DNA of 64,000 nucleotides from an uncultured delta proteobacterium (GCA_963727625.1 CAVSHR010000002.1:704001-768000), one strand, 5' to 3'. Shown: positions 21,605 through 31,986, counted from the first letter of the stretch. Program-made: numbers and translations. The notes: generated from the sequence alone by a model not told the origin.

Positions 21605-22480
21605 TCAAGCATTGCGCTGGACGAAGCTGCGCAGCATTTCATTAAACTCCGCCGGGTGTTCGCGGTATGAAAAATGGCCGGCTCGATTGTATATATACAT
21701 GCGCGAGTCGGGCGTGCTGCGGGTGATCAAATCGAACAGGGCGTAACCCTGGTCGATGGTTGCCGTGGGATCGTTGTAAGACCACGCGAGCAAGGTCGAC
21801 ATGCCCATGCCTCGGTCGCGGATGATGCCGAGCGTCTCGTCTTTCTGGCGCGCCAGATGCGGCAGGAAGCATGTGGTCCTCAGACCGATTTCTTCCATCT
21901 TTTTGACCGCTTCCTGATACTTAGCCGTGGCGGCGACGTGCATCATGACATCGATCCACTCGTCGGTGATGTGTTCATAGCCGTAGGAGTATTTTTGCAG
22001 GATCCAGCGCTGGCTCTCGCGGCTCAAGCGCGGCTGAGGCGGATTGGCCATCACGGTTTCATTTTTGCCGATGCCCGGCGCCAACGTGTTTGTATCGACG
22101 AGAATGCAGGTACTGAAAAATTCCGGATGCTCAATGACCAACCGGGCGACCAGATAGGCGCCACGCGAGTGACCGACGGGATGAACGTTGCGCAAACCCA
22201 AAGTTTTCAGAAAATTGTAAGCATGTTGCACGACCGCTGCCATCGTGTAGTCCGCGTCTTTCTTCGGATTGTCGGTGAAGCCTTGGCCAATCTTATCGAC
22301 GGCGACGACATGACACCATTTTGACAACTCGTCGAAGTTCAAGCTCCAGTCCTCGGCGCAGTCGGCGGCGTCCTGCGAGCCGAAGTGGCCGCCGTGAAAT
22401 AGAACTAGATTCGGACCGCTGCCGGCTTCGAAGTAGCGCGTGCGGATACCGTCGACGTCGACGAATTTTTCACCGACCAT
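21605..22480 (-). CDS. alpha/beta fold hydrolase
   Basis: LFHGG, GHSRG nucleophile elbow, YNDP, AGHF. Confidence 0.88.
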   Translation of the reverse strand: MVGEKFVDVDGIRTRYFEAGSGPNLVLFHGGHFGSQDAADCAEDWSLNFDELSKWCHVVAVDKIGQGFTDNPKKDADYTMAAVVQHAYNFLKTLGLRNVHPVGHSRGAYLVARLVIEHPEFFSTCILVDTNTLAPGIGKNETVMANPPQPRLSRESQRWILQKYSYGYEHITDEWIDVMMHVAATAKYQEAVKKMEEIGLRTTCFLPHLARQKDETLGIIRDRGMGMSTLLAWSYNDPTATIDQGYALFDLITRSTPDSRMYIYNRAGHFSYREHPAEFNEMLRSFVQRNA

Positions 22481-22550
22481 CGTCCTACCCTCACTTTGCT
22501 GCTGAGACGACCAACTCTCTATAACCTCATGCGAGATTGTATCTCCTTTT

Positions 22551-22582
22551 AACCTCGCCCTCTCGGAGAGGGACGGGTGAGG
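22551..22582. repeat. REP-like palindrome (CCCTCTC..GAGAGGG..GGGTGAGG type)
   Basis: CCTCGCCCTCTCGGAGAGGGACGGGTGAGG. Confidence 0.55.
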
Positions 22583-22588
22583 ATCACG

Positions 22589-24118
22589 CTACTTTTTCAC
22601 CTTTATGTCGAGGGCGTATACGCGGGAATCAGGCAATGGTTTGTAGTCCACTTTGTTGTGCAGACCCCACAGCAGTTTATGGCGCCACATGAAACACGCC
22701 GGGGCCTCTTCGGTGATGATGCTCATGGCCTGTGACAAATATTGCCGGCGCTTCTTGGGATCGAACTCCTGCTGCTCCTTGTCGAGCAGCTCGTCGAGCT
22801 TGGGATTGGAGTAACCGATCCGCGGCGTTTCGCCGGTGTGAAAATATTGATGCAGCGCCGCGCTCGGATCCTGCACCGAGCCCCTGCCCATATAGTAGAA
22901 GGGAACACCACCTTTTTGAACACTAGACCAGAGCGTCGGCCACTCCGGGGTCAGGAGCCTGGCGCGAAAGCCGGCCGCGTTAAGCATCGGGATCATCGCT
23001 TCGGTGAGTTGTTTGTCCAGAGTGTAGCGTCCGACGGGCGTTTGCAGTTCAATATCCACGCCGTTGGGATAACCGGCTTGAGCCAAGAGTTTCTTGGCTT
23101 TCTCGGGGTCATAGCTTAGTTTCGGTTTGAGGTTTGGGTCGTAGCCGTATTGACCGGGACCGAGCGGGCCGTCGAGCCGGCTGGCGAATCCTTCCAAGAG
23201 CGTCTTTATGATCTGGTCGCGATTGATCGCATGACAAACCGCTTGGCGCACTTCTTTTTTGTCGAACGGCGGCTTGGGCTGCATCGCTAAAAACATGATC
23301 TCGATGGAGTCCGATGACACGATCCTGGTGTTCGGGTTTTTCTCGACACGCTGGCGCAGGTGGGGCGGTATGAATTGGCTGATTTGGATCTCGTTGTTCA
23401 AGAGCGCGGTTACCCGCTGTTCGGTTTCGCGCATGACGCGAAAGATCACTTCATCCGGTGCGTTGGGATGTTTTTTTGCCTCGGGATGATCTGGCCGTTT
23501 GGCTAAAACCAGTCGCTGGCCGGGGATCAATTCTTTTAAGCGGTACGGACCGCCTCCCATCATATGTTCTCTATCGGCGGCTTCCTTGCCGTACTTTTCG
23601 AAAGCGGCTTTGCTGGTGACGATGAACCGGTCGCAGACAAAGCCCAATAGCGGCGCCGCCGGTTTTTTCGTTATAAACTTGACCGTGAACTTATCGACCG
23701 CTTCGGCCTTGACGATGGGCCCGGCAACGGATGCCTTCTGTTTCGATTGCGGGTCGCCGATGACGCGGTTCATCATCGAGTGCACCACGTCGTCGGCGGT
23801 TACCGACGAGCCGTCGTTGAATTTGTAATTTTTGTTTAGAGTAAAGATCCACGTGGTCGGATTCTCAACCTTCCAGCGTTCGGCGAGGCGGCCCTCGAAG
23901 TCGCCCTTGGCGTAGTTATAGGTGCAGAAGGGGCCGGTCACCTCGCTCCAGATGCCGTAGAGCAAGGAAACGCTGTCTCCGTAGGGGTTGTGCGTTTCGA
24001 TGGTTTCAGTCACGCCGACGGAGACGCGCGTCTGCGCGCTTACGACGTTGAGGCCGGCTGTGAAGAGGGAAAATATTGAAATGCCGACCAGCGCTATTCG
24101 TCTTACTTGGTTGAGCAT
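22589..24118 (-). CDS. ABC transporter substrate-binding protein, family 5 (Dpp/Opp/Nik-like)
   Basis: Signal peptide; LAERW, FNDGSSVTADDV, GGGPY, VRQAVCHAINR; RBS AGGAGG before ATG 24118. Confidence 0.92.
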   Translation of the reverse strand: MLNQVRRIALVGISIFSLFTAGLNVVSAQTRVSVGVTETIETHNPYGDSVSLLYGIWSEVTGPFCTYNYAKGDFEGRLAERWKVENPTTWIFTLNKNYKFNDGSSVTADDVVHSMMNRVIGDPQSKQKASVAGPIVKAEAVDKFTVKFITKKPAAPLLGFVCDRFIVTSKAAFEKYGKEAADREHMMGGGPYRLKELIPGQRLVLAKRPDHPEAKKHPNAPDEVIFRVMRETEQRVTALLNNEIQISQFIPPHLRQRVEKNPNTRIVSSDSIEIMFLAMQPKPPFDKKEVRQAVCHAINRDQIIKTLLEGFASRLDGPLGPGQYGYDPNLKPKLSYDPEKAKKLLAQAGYPNGVDIELQTPVGRYTLDKQLTEAMIPMLNAAGFRARLLTPEWPTLWSSVQKGGVPFYYMGRGSVQDPSAALHQYFHTGETPRIGYSNPKLDELLDKEQQEFDPKKRRQYLSQAMSIITEEAPACFMWRHKLLWGLHNKVDYKPLPDSRVYALDIKVKK

Positions 24119-24322
24119 GTGATCCTCCTGGCTATGAGTGGGGATGCCGCTTAAACTGCGAAATCTTTTGCAGCTCCAATCTGAATTGTCAAGATGAAGT
24201 TTTTGGGTGAAGTTTTTGGGTTGACAGTCTTTGGCGCCGATACTAATCGTTACTCTGCAAAGGCCGATAAGGCACGATTGGCCGCGGTGGTCCAATGAGC
24301 CGAACTAGCGGAGGGCAAAGCG

Positions 24323-25474
24323 ATGGCAAGGGACGGGTTGAAAATTCTCGACAGCGATATGCATGTATTCGAGCCCCATGATCTCTATTTGAAATACATG
24401 GACCCCAAATGGGGCGAGCGCATTCCGCGCGGCCAACCGCGCAAGAAGCATGGCCAAATCAAGTTTACCCTGGCAAATGGCAAGCCGTTACGCAGCTCGG
24501 GCATTCAAGCGTTGGCCAGCACGACGCCGAAACCCATCGCCGGCGAGATCGTGCCCGGTGAGGATGTAGTTGCGCATCGTTATGCCGAGCCGTTCAAGCG
24601 CAACTACGACGCGGTGTCGCAGTTGGCGGCAATGGACAAAGAAGGCTTGGACGTGGCGGTTTTGTTTCGCACCTTTCCGCTTCACTGCGACGATAGTTTG
24701 GAGCCCGAATACGCCAACGATCTTTGCCGCGCCTGGAATAACTGGATGGCGGATTTCTGCAAGGCCGACCCGAAGCGGTTGCGGCCCTCGGCGCTGATCA
24801 CGCTGCATGATGTCGATCTAGCGGTCGACGAGACAAGGCGGACGATCACAGAGTTGGGCGCCATCGGTTTGTGTTTGGTTCCGGAGCCGGCCAATGGGCG
24901 GCACATTCATGACCGCTACTACGATCCGGTTTGGCGGGAAGCGGAAAAGTTGGGTGTGCCGGTTTGTTTCCATCCGGCGGCGAGCCCCAACACCGAGCAA
25001 GTGGTGCATCGTTTCAAGGGACACAGCAACGAGGCGGTGCTGATCAATGCTTTTCGTAATCCGGTGGAACTGATGCTAGCGGTCGGCAGCTTCTGTGCGG
25101 GCGGGGTGCTCGAGCGTTTTCCTAAACTTCGCGTGGCGTATCTCGAAGGCAATTGCGGCTGGTTGCCCTGGGCTTTGTATCGTTTGGACGAGCGCTGGGA
25201 GATGCGCAAGGGTTACTGCAACGAACCGATGAGCCTCAGGCCAAGCGATTATTTTCTGCGCCAATGCTTCATCTCCGTTGACGTGGAAGAAGATCTGGTA
25301 TCGGACGTGATCCAGCGCGTCGGTGACGACAACGTGGTGATCTCGACGGATTACCCCCATGCCGATTCGCACTGGCCCAACGCGGTCAATCACTTTATGG
25401 CGATGGAGATGCCGAGCGCTTCGCGCAAAAAAATCCTCTGGGACAACTGCGCGCGGCTGTATGGTGTTGCTTGA
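24323..25474 (+). CDS. amidohydrolase 2 family protein
   Basis: DSDMH, PVCFHP, ERFPKLRVAYLEGN, STDYPH. Confidence 0.9.
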   Translation: MARDGLKILDSDMHVFEPHDLYLKYMDPKWGERIPRGQPRKKHGQIKFTLANGKPLRSSGIQALASTTPKPIAGEIVPGEDVVAHRYAEPFKRNYDAVSQLAAMDKEGLDVAVLFRTFPLHCDDSLEPEYANDLCRAWNNWMADFCKADPKRLRPSALITLHDVDLAVDETRRTITELGAIGLCLVPEPANGRHIHDRYYDPVWREAEKLGVPVCFHPAASPNTEQVVHRFKGHSNEAVLINAFRNPVELMLAVGSFCAGGVLERFPKLRVAYLEGNCGWLPWALYRLDERWEMRKGYCNEPMSLRPSDYFLRQCFISVDVEEDLVSDVIQRVGDDNVVISTDYPHADSHWPNAVNHFMAMEMPSASRKKILWDNCARLYGVA

Positions 25475-25480
25475 GGATCG

Positions 25481-25600
25481 CACCGCGAGGCGCGCGAGGG
25501 GCATAAAGAAAAAATTATCCCGCAAAGTCGCAAAGGCCGCAAAGTAAAAACATTTCCGAACTTGGCGTTCTTGGCGTCTTGGCGCGAGATAATCCGAAGA
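25481..25600. repeat. nonamer-periodic inverted repeat element
   Basis: CGCAAAGT CGCAAAGGC CGCAAAG ... CTTGGCGTT CTTGGCGT CTTGGCG. Confidence 0.7.
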
Positions 25601-25670
25601 TCGATTGTGCCGTTGGCGAGCCCGGAGTTTCATGGAGAATGAAAATTTGACTTGGGGGAGAACCTAGCTC

Positions 25671-26612
25671 ATGGCTAATCACACACCCTGCGGCATCGAG
25701 CTGCCGCAGGTCTTTTTTGATGGTCCCGTCGACATGGAACATGTTCGAAGATTCGCGGTGAAAGCGGAAACACTCGGTTACGAAAGTCTATGGCTGCAGG
25801 AGCGGATCATCGGTGATTTCGCCATCCTGGAGCCGGTGACTTTGTTGAGCTACGTCGCTGCGATCACGAGCAAATTGAAATTAGGAACTTCGGTCATTTT
25901 GCTGCCGCTGCGCAACCCGATTCAATTGGCGAAGGCCTATTCGACCTTGGATTGCATGAGCGGCGGCCGCGCGGTCATGGGTGTCGGGCTTGGTGGCGGC
26001 CACCTGGGCTCGCATGAAAACCTGTTTGGCTACACGCGCGAAGGGCGGGTGACCCGTTTCACGGAAGCGGTGCAAATCATGAAGTCCCTTTGGACTGAGC
26101 CGCGGGCCAGCTTTCAGGGGCGGTATTGGAATTTCAAGGACGTTTCGATGGAGCCCAAGCCGATGCAGAAGCCGCATTTGCCGCTCATCTTCGGCGGGCA
26201 CCATGAGAACGCGCTTAGACGCGCGGTCAAATTCGCCGACGGCTGGATGGGTGCGGGCTCGTCGTCTTCGGGATCATTTATTCGCGAATCGGCGCGGATT
26301 CGCGACATGCTCGACGAAGCCAAACGCGATCCGGTGACGTTTCATTTTGCCAAGCGCGTCTATATGGCGGTGGACGACGACGAAGCGCGCGGCGAACGGC
26401 GCATCCGGGAGTGGTTCGGCCGTCGCTACAAAAACGCCGACCTCGGTCCCAAGGTTTCCATCTGGGGCAGCGCGGCGAAATGCACCGAGAGAATTCAAGA
26501 GCTGGTCAAAGCCGGCGCGCAGCAGATCGTCTTCAATCCGATGTTCGACGAGATGGAGCATTTGGAAATTTGCGCCAAGGAGATCATGCCGCATCTAGAA
26601 TTGATTGAGTGA
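25671..26612 (+). CDS. LLM class flavin-dependent oxidoreductase
   Basis: AETLGYESLW, KLGTSV..LPLRNP..LAK..STLD..SGGR, PKPMQKPH. Confidence 0.9.
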   Translation: MANHTPCGIELPQVFFDGPVDMEHVRRFAVKAETLGYESLWLQERIIGDFAILEPVTLLSYVAAITSKLKLGTSVILLPLRNPIQLAKAYSTLDCMSGGRAVMGVGLGGGHLGSHENLFGYTREGRVTRFTEAVQIMKSLWTEPRASFQGRYWNFKDVSMEPKPMQKPHLPLIFGGHHENALRRAVKFADGWMGAGSSSSGSFIRESARIRDMLDEAKRDPVTFHFAKRVYMAVDDDEARGERRIREWFGRRYKNADLGPKVSIWGSAAKCTERIQELVKAGAQQIVFNPMFDEMEHLEICAKEIMPHLELIE

Positions 26613-26685
26613 CTACGCCGTAACCATCGAATGCAGCTATTTTCAATCTGGCATCAGAGACTGAGTTTTGAATTGATCGAACGAT

Positions 26686-27460
26686 ATGTTTGAGGTGGCG
26701 GAATACTACGAGCGCCAAATGGGTCGGTGGAGCCGGCAATTGGCGCCGCTATTGATCGAGTTTGCCGGCGTTCGGGACGGCGATTGCGTGCTCGATGTCG
26801 GCTGCGGCACGGGGTCGCTGGCCACAACGATAGTTCAATTTAATAAGGCCGCTAAGGTCATTGGCGTCGACGCTTCGAAGGGTTTCATCGAATACGCGCG
26901 CTCCCGCTGCACCGACTCCCGCGTCAGTTTTACTTTTGGCGACGCTCATACACTCGCCTATCAAAACGGTTCCTTTGACTGCTGTCTGTCGCTGTTAACC
27001 GTCAATCATATCGCCAACGCTCCGCAAGCCGTCCGGGAGATGCGTCGAGTGACTAAGTCTGGCGGCGTGGTCGCGACCGCCATGTGGGACGGCAGTGGCG
27101 GCAATGCTTTCAACGACTGTTTTTGGGACGCGGCGATCATGCTCGATTCATCGGTGACGCGCGCTTCCGAAAGGCAGGCGCCTATAGTTCGGCCGAGGCG
27201 CTGTCGCCCTTATGGCGGAGCGTCGGCCTCGACTGCGTCGAAACAAAGCACTGAAATGCCGGTCGGGTTTCGCATCATTTGCCGAGTTTTGGAGCCGATA
27301 TTTCGAGGGGCAGGGCCCGTCGGCCGCTTACGTTGCTTCGTTGCCGGAGGAGCGTGTGACGCGTTAAAGAAAAATTGCGGGAAATCGTTCTGCGAGGCTG
27401 CTCCGAAGGCGCCTTCAGTCTGCAAGCCAGTGCCTGGGCCGTGCGCGGTATCGTGCCGCA
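26686..27460 (+). pseudogene. class I SAM-dependent methyltransferase with frameshifted C-terminus (pseudogene or sequence errors)
   Basis: VLDVGCGTG motif I; expected tail is spread over several frames (GAYSSAEALSPLWRSVGL / FASFAEFWSRYFEGQGPSAAYVASLPEE / LREIVL..GAFSLQASAWAVRGIVP). Confidence 0.75.
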
Positions 27461-27507
27461 AGCAGATGAGGATCGACAACGACACCGCGCCGGCAGCGTG
27501 CCCGGCC

Positions 27508-27630
27508 GGTTTGCGTTTCGCGATCGACGAAGCGAAGAAGGCGGCCAATATCAGCCGCGAAATTGCCTTTAGCGAAGTCGCCGATTTCATGATGTTGCGC
27601 GAAGCGCAGCGGGAAATGGGCATTAAATAA
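27508..27630 (+). pseudogene. probable C-terminal remnant of an ABC substrate-binding protein gene
   Basis: GLRFAIDEAKKAANISREIAFSEVADFMMLREAQREMGIK* with host-like codons; resembles SsuA/NMT1-type SBP tails from recall, not searched. Confidence 0.45.
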
Positions 27631-27670
27631 GATTGCAATTCCGTAAAGCCCAGGCTCGCGAAGACCGTTG

Positions 27671-28879
27671 CTAGCGCTCGAGCAACTTTTTTACCAACCA
27701 AATAAAACCGCCGGTCAAAACGAGATTGAGCGCTAAGCTCAGCGCCGCGACCGTGACCACCGGCCCGCCGATGCCGTAGCCGATGCTGATAATCAAAACG
27801 CCGGCCCCGACTTCGCCGCGCGGCCACAGACCGATTGCCAAGGCAATCCGTTCCTTCCAACTCGCTTCCTTGCGATAGCAGAAAAACGGTAACATCTTGC
27901 CGAGGTTGGAAAGTATCGTTACCGCGAGAACGTGCCAGGCCAAGAAGCTCCAAGGGAGAACGGGTTGTTGCGCTGTAACCGTGTTCGTCGCAGCCGCCGA
28001 GTCGACGCCAGCGAACACGGTGGCCATGCTTAAACCGACGAACAGCATAAATACGGCCGACACCAGGGTCGCGACTCTTTGTTCCTCGGAATCCTCCGGA
28101 CCCTCCTGGCGGCCGGAAACGCTGTCGTCGCGATGCGGGTCGGTGCCCGCCGGTCGCTTCATCATGCAGCCGAGTACGAACGCGGGTAACAAGACTTCGA
28201 TGTGGATGGGAACCTCATCGTCGATCCTGTTGGCGCCGATGTAAATCAACTCCGACACGATCACGATGGCGACGGAATAGCTCAAAACCCACGGCCAGCG
28301 GGTAGGTATCGCCCATCGATGCAGATACTTCCAAGCGAGCCAGAGCATCACGGTCATGATCAGGACAATCACAGCGAGTTGCCATGCCAGTCCGACGATC
28401 AGCATTTTCAGCGGAATCATCAGCACGATGGTGTCGAGATCGTCAAATATGGCGAGCACTCTGGCCTTGCGAAAAACCCATGTGGCGCTCAGTCCCGCGG
28501 CCGCCAACATGGAAAAAAGTACCCCGGCTGAAGTGGGCGCGGCAAAACGGCCGGCCAGCAGGATTTCTGTCCATGCATTCCCTGACCCCCACGCCGTTGC
28601 CGGCAGCATGACCAACAGAAAATAAAGCGTGACGAAGATCCATGGAAACGCGGCCGCGGTCATGGCGACGGCATAATCCCAACCGTAGGATCGCCAATCG
28701 GACTTGTCGATTTCAAATTCGTAGCCGACATGGATCATGATGAAGCCAAGACCCACAAGCGTGAACAGCGTGACGATCTTTTCTGCGACGTGAATATATT
28801 CGCCGGCGAGATCTGGTAAGAAGCGGGCGCCGATGAGGCCGGCAATCAGCAGTAACGAAAACGTGGCAACTTTTTTCAT
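27671..28879 (-). CDS. cation (Na+)/H+ antiporter-like membrane protein
   Basis: Many TM segments; APTSAG, LAIFDD, GLWPRGEVG CPA-type motifs; next to nhaR. Confidence 0.85.
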   Translation of the reverse strand: MKKVATFSLLLIAGLIGARFLPDLAGEYIHVAEKIVTLFTLVGLGFIMIHVGYEFEIDKSDWRSYGWDYAVAMTAAAFPWIFVTLYFLLVMLPATAWGSGNAWTEILLAGRFAAPTSAGVLFSMLAAAGLSATWVFRKARVLAIFDDLDTIVLMIPLKMLIVGLAWQLAVIVLIMTVMLWLAWKYLHRWAIPTRWPWVLSYSVAIVIVSELIYIGANRIDDEVPIHIEVLLPAFVLGCMMKRPAGTDPHRDDSVSGRQEGPEDSEEQRVATLVSAVFMLFVGLSMATVFAGVDSAAATNTVTAQQPVLPWSFLAWHVLAVTILSNLGKMLPFFCYRKEASWKERIALAIGLWPRGEVGAGVLIISIGYGIGGPVVTVAALSLALNLVLTGGFIWLVKKLLER

Positions 28880-29228
28880 AAAACCAATCTGTCGCTGCTC
28901 TTAAGCACCGGCGCTGTTTTGAGGGCGTGTCATATCTATGGGATCGTCAGCGGAAGAATACTCGCGATGGCGGCGGACGCCGACAGATGCAGCGCGCCGG
29001 CAATTGCGCGTCGTCATGAAGCCGATTCAGCTTTAAAACGAATGACCCAAGCAAAGCCATTAGCGAAGTGAGCTGCTGGCGCTATGCTACACGTTTTCTC
29101 TTGTCCATCGGAAACCCTCTCCATAAGTGATTATAACCCGCAACAACCAACAAGAGGGGCGGGAATATTTTGTGTGTACTCTTTGGTTTCTTGAAGTTTA
29201 AGCGGATCGCCGGTCCCGTATGCCGCTT

Positions 29229-29651
29229 CTACCGCGGCATACGGAAGCGCAGCTTTCTGCGCCGCGCGCCGGATCGATATTTCTTAAGACGCGCAGCGGG
29301 ACAGCGACGCAGCTGATTGGTCTCTACCCAACGGCTCAAGCCGCGCCTCAAGTAAGTGGGATCGAGTCCCAGGGTTTCGCACACGCTGGTAAACGAGAAA
29401 ATCCAGATCTCTTCGTCGGTGGCGTTGATCCACTGCTCCGCGCCCTCAAACGACCGGCGCTGTTGACGGGTGCAGCGGCGCGGGTCGCGCGACAAACAGG
29501 AGACCGCGTCTTCAAGCAGGGCGGCCATCAGCCTTCTTTCCGGGTCGGGGACGCGGCTGCTTTGCAGAGATGCGTAAAACTGCTGGGACGCCAGCGCGTC
29601 CGGCTCGAACATAAAATTTAAATGGTGGTCTGTAACAAAGTTTGCCCTCAT
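29229..29651 (-). CDS. uncharacterised FEPD-motif protein (paralog of 53418..53840)
   Basis: FEPD, PERRLMAALLEDAV, AEQWI, FSFTSVCETLGLDPTYLRRGL; divergent from nhaR. Confidence 0.8.
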   Translation of the reverse strand: MRANFVTDHHLNFMFEPDALASQQFYASLQSSRVPDPERRLMAALLEDAVSCLSRDPRRCTRQQRRSFEGAEQWINATDEEIWIFSFTSVCETLGLDPTYLRRGLSRWVETNQLRRCPAARLKKYRSGARRRKLRFRMPR

Positions 29652-29696
29652 GGTCGTGGTTCGATCTCTCCTTTCTTGAAACACTCGCTGCCCATC

Positions 29697-29725
29697 AAGA
29701 TAGGCACGATCCGAGTCTTCGGCAA
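29697..29725 (-). promoter_or_regulatory. sigma70-type promoter for the FEPD-motif gene
   Basis: TTGCCG-17-TATCTT on the minus strand. Confidence 0.5.
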
Positions 29726-29747
29726 ATTCATAATTTCTTATTGATGA

Positions 29748-29762
29748 TTAGAAAAACTCTAA
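29748..29762. promoter_or_regulatory. putative LysR (NhaR) binding box
   Basis: TTAGA-AAAAC-TCTAA dyad containing T-N11-A between the divergent genes. Confidence 0.6.
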
Positions 29763-29776
29763 CTAAGATCAGGGCC

Positions 29777-30676
29777 ATGGAATGGCTGAATTACCACCAT
29801 TTACTCTATTTCTGGACCGTGGCACGACTCGGCGGCGTGGCCCGCGCCAGCGAGGAACTGCGGCTCACTCAAGCGACCATAAGCGCCCAGCTAAAATCGC
29901 TGGAGGCATCCCTTGGGGAGAAGTTATTCCGCAAAAGCGGCCGCCATTTGGCCCTAACCGAGACCGGCAAGCTGGTGTTTCGCTACGCCGACGAAATTTT
30001 TTCTCTAGGCCAGGAGTTACTGGGAACTTTGAAAGGACGGCCTGAGGGGAGCCTGGCGCGGCTCAACGTCGGAGTTGCCGACGTGATGCCCAAGCTGGTG
30101 GCGTATCAGCTGATCGAGCCGGCGCTTAAGCTCAAGGATGCCTACCGAATTGTCTGCCGCGAGGGAACCAATCCGGAACTGTTGGCGGCTTTAGCGGTGC
30201 ACGATCTCGACGTGGTTCTTACGGACGCCCCCATCGATCCGGCGCTCAACGTGAGGGCCTTTCACCATCTATTGGGTGAGTGCGATGTTTTTCTGTTTGC
30301 CAATGCCAAACTGGCAGCGACTTATCGGCGCGATTTTCCGGGTTCGCTCGGCGGCGCGCCGTTTTTACTGCCGACGCGCAATACGATTTTACGAAGATCG
30401 TTGGACCAGTGGTTTGACCACCGAAATATTCAACCGAAAATCGTCGCGGAATTCGAAGACAACGCATTGTTGATGGTTTTTGGTCAGCATGGCGCGGGCA
30501 TATTCGCCGCGCCCTCGGCGATCAAGCAGGAGGTGGAAAGGAAGTACGACGTGAAAGTGATCGGCGAAGTGAGCAGCGTGCGCGAGCGCTTTTACGCCGT
30601 CTCTCTGGATCGCAAACTCAGGCACCCGGCCGTGGTGGCGATTTCCGAGGCAGCCCGAGCGCGGCTACCGGATTAA
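29777..30676 (+). CDS. nhaR: LysR-family transcriptional activator NhaR
   Basis: LNYHHLLYFW..A, FRYADEIFSLGQE, VGVADVMPK, EFEDNALLMVFG, RKLRHPAV. Confidence 0.92.
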   Translation: MEWLNYHHLLYFWTVARLGGVARASEELRLTQATISAQLKSLEASLGEKLFRKSGRHLALTETGKLVFRYADEIFSLGQELLGTLKGRPEGSLARLNVGVADVMPKLVAYQLIEPALKLKDAYRIVCREGTNPELLAALAVHDLDVVLTDAPIDPALNVRAFHHLLGECDVFLFANAKLAATYRRDFPGSLGGAPFLLPTRNTILRRSLDQWFDHRNIQPKIVAEFEDNALLMVFGQHGAGIFAAPSAIKQEVERKYDVKVIGEVSSVRERFYAVSLDRKLRHPAVVAISEAARARLPD

Positions 30677-30807
30677 AAGTCGGGCGCGCGTGGCGGGAGA
30701 CGCGCTTTATTTGACCTGCTATTTCACCTGAAACTTGGCAAGCGCTGTGGGCCTGTTATACAGTCAGCGCGCATTCAGTAAAGCGGCACAGTTGAAAGGA
30801 GTGCTTC

Positions 30808-31842
30808 ATGGAAGTCAAATCAACCAAAGAGCTTCACAGCGAGCTCACGATGCACAGCGTGCGCTTCGCCAAGGACGAGCAAGGACGGCGCAAGGGGCAG
30901 GATGTATTGTTCAAATGGCTGGAAATCGAGAAGAAACTCGGCGAGCACAAACATATTTACGTTGTTGACGCACGGCTGGGTTCGAACAATCACACGCATC
31001 GTTTATGGTATGACGTGATTCCGCCGCATACCGAGGAAGGGCAGGACTGGCGTAGCCTCGGCCATCGTCATACGGTGGAAGCGATCATCTATTTTCTGAA
31101 AGGGCACGGTCATAGCATCATCGACGGCGAGCGTTACGATTGGGGGCCGGGGGATTTGCTGAGCGTGCCGATGTTCTCTTGGCACCGCCATATAAACGAT
31201 GGTGACGAGCCGGTCCTGCGGATCGCGTCCACGACGGGACCGTTGTCCTTGGCGCTTGGTCAGGCGGTTTATGAAGACGAGCGCTACCCGGAGTTTTGGA
31301 TCTACGCCCAGGAAGGCGAGGATGCACGCAAGACTCTGATTCCCGGCGGTGGCGGACAGATCGACAACGGCAAGGTCGGCGCCAATCGCACGGCGGAAAT
31401 GTACGCGGAGCAGGTGGCTTTCGCCATGCACGAAGAGCAGCTCCGGCGCAAAAGCAAGGTGTTGGTGAAGCAAAAGGACCTGGTCTTCGAGCCGACCGCC
31501 TTGGGCAATCTGGCCTACGTGGTCGATCCGCGCATCGGCTGCCATAGCAAGGCGCTCGGCGTCGTGATGGCGGAAATTCCCCCCGGTAAGCGTTCCGGCG
31601 CCCATCGCCATCTCTACGACGAGATTGATCTGATCGTCGGCGGCAAGGGCAAGGTGATCGTCGAAGACAAGGAATTCGATTTCGATACCTTGGACGTGCT
31701 CTCGATTCCGGTCTTTCAGTGGCACCAATATTTCAATACCGGCGGCGAGCCGCTGCGGATTCTCGGCATCAACACTCGTTTGGCGATGGATAACTTGGGC
31801 TTGTCGCTGACTCATCAGGGTGAACATGCGGATTATGTTTGA
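30808..31842 (+). CDS. bicupin protein
   Basis: Two cupin motif pairs: GHRHTVE..PMFSWHRH and AHRHLYDE..PVFQWHQY. Confidence 0.85.
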   Translation: MEVKSTKELHSELTMHSVRFAKDEQGRRKGQDVLFKWLEIEKKLGEHKHIYVVDARLGSNNHTHRLWYDVIPPHTEEGQDWRSLGHRHTVEAIIYFLKGHGHSIIDGERYDWGPGDLLSVPMFSWHRHINDGDEPVLRIASTTGPLSLALGQAVYEDERYPEFWIYAQEGEDARKTLIPGGGGQIDNGKVGANRTAEMYAEQVAFAMHEEQLRRKSKVLVKQKDLVFEPTALGNLAYVVDPRIGCHSKALGVVMAEIPPGKRSGAHRHLYDEIDLIVGGKGKVIVEDKEFDFDTLDVLSIPVFQWHQYFNTGGEPLRILGINTRLAMDNLGLSLTHQGEHADYV

Positions 31843-31986
31843 TTGCAAGACTATTGTGGATGCGGCGCGCAGCAAACTATCTATTGAATGAAACTGTCCG
31901 GAGCCAAAACCTTTGTTGCTCCGCTTCTCCACAGTGAGGAGATGGCTGATTGAAGCATTGCTGGATTAGAAAGGAATGTCGCAAAC

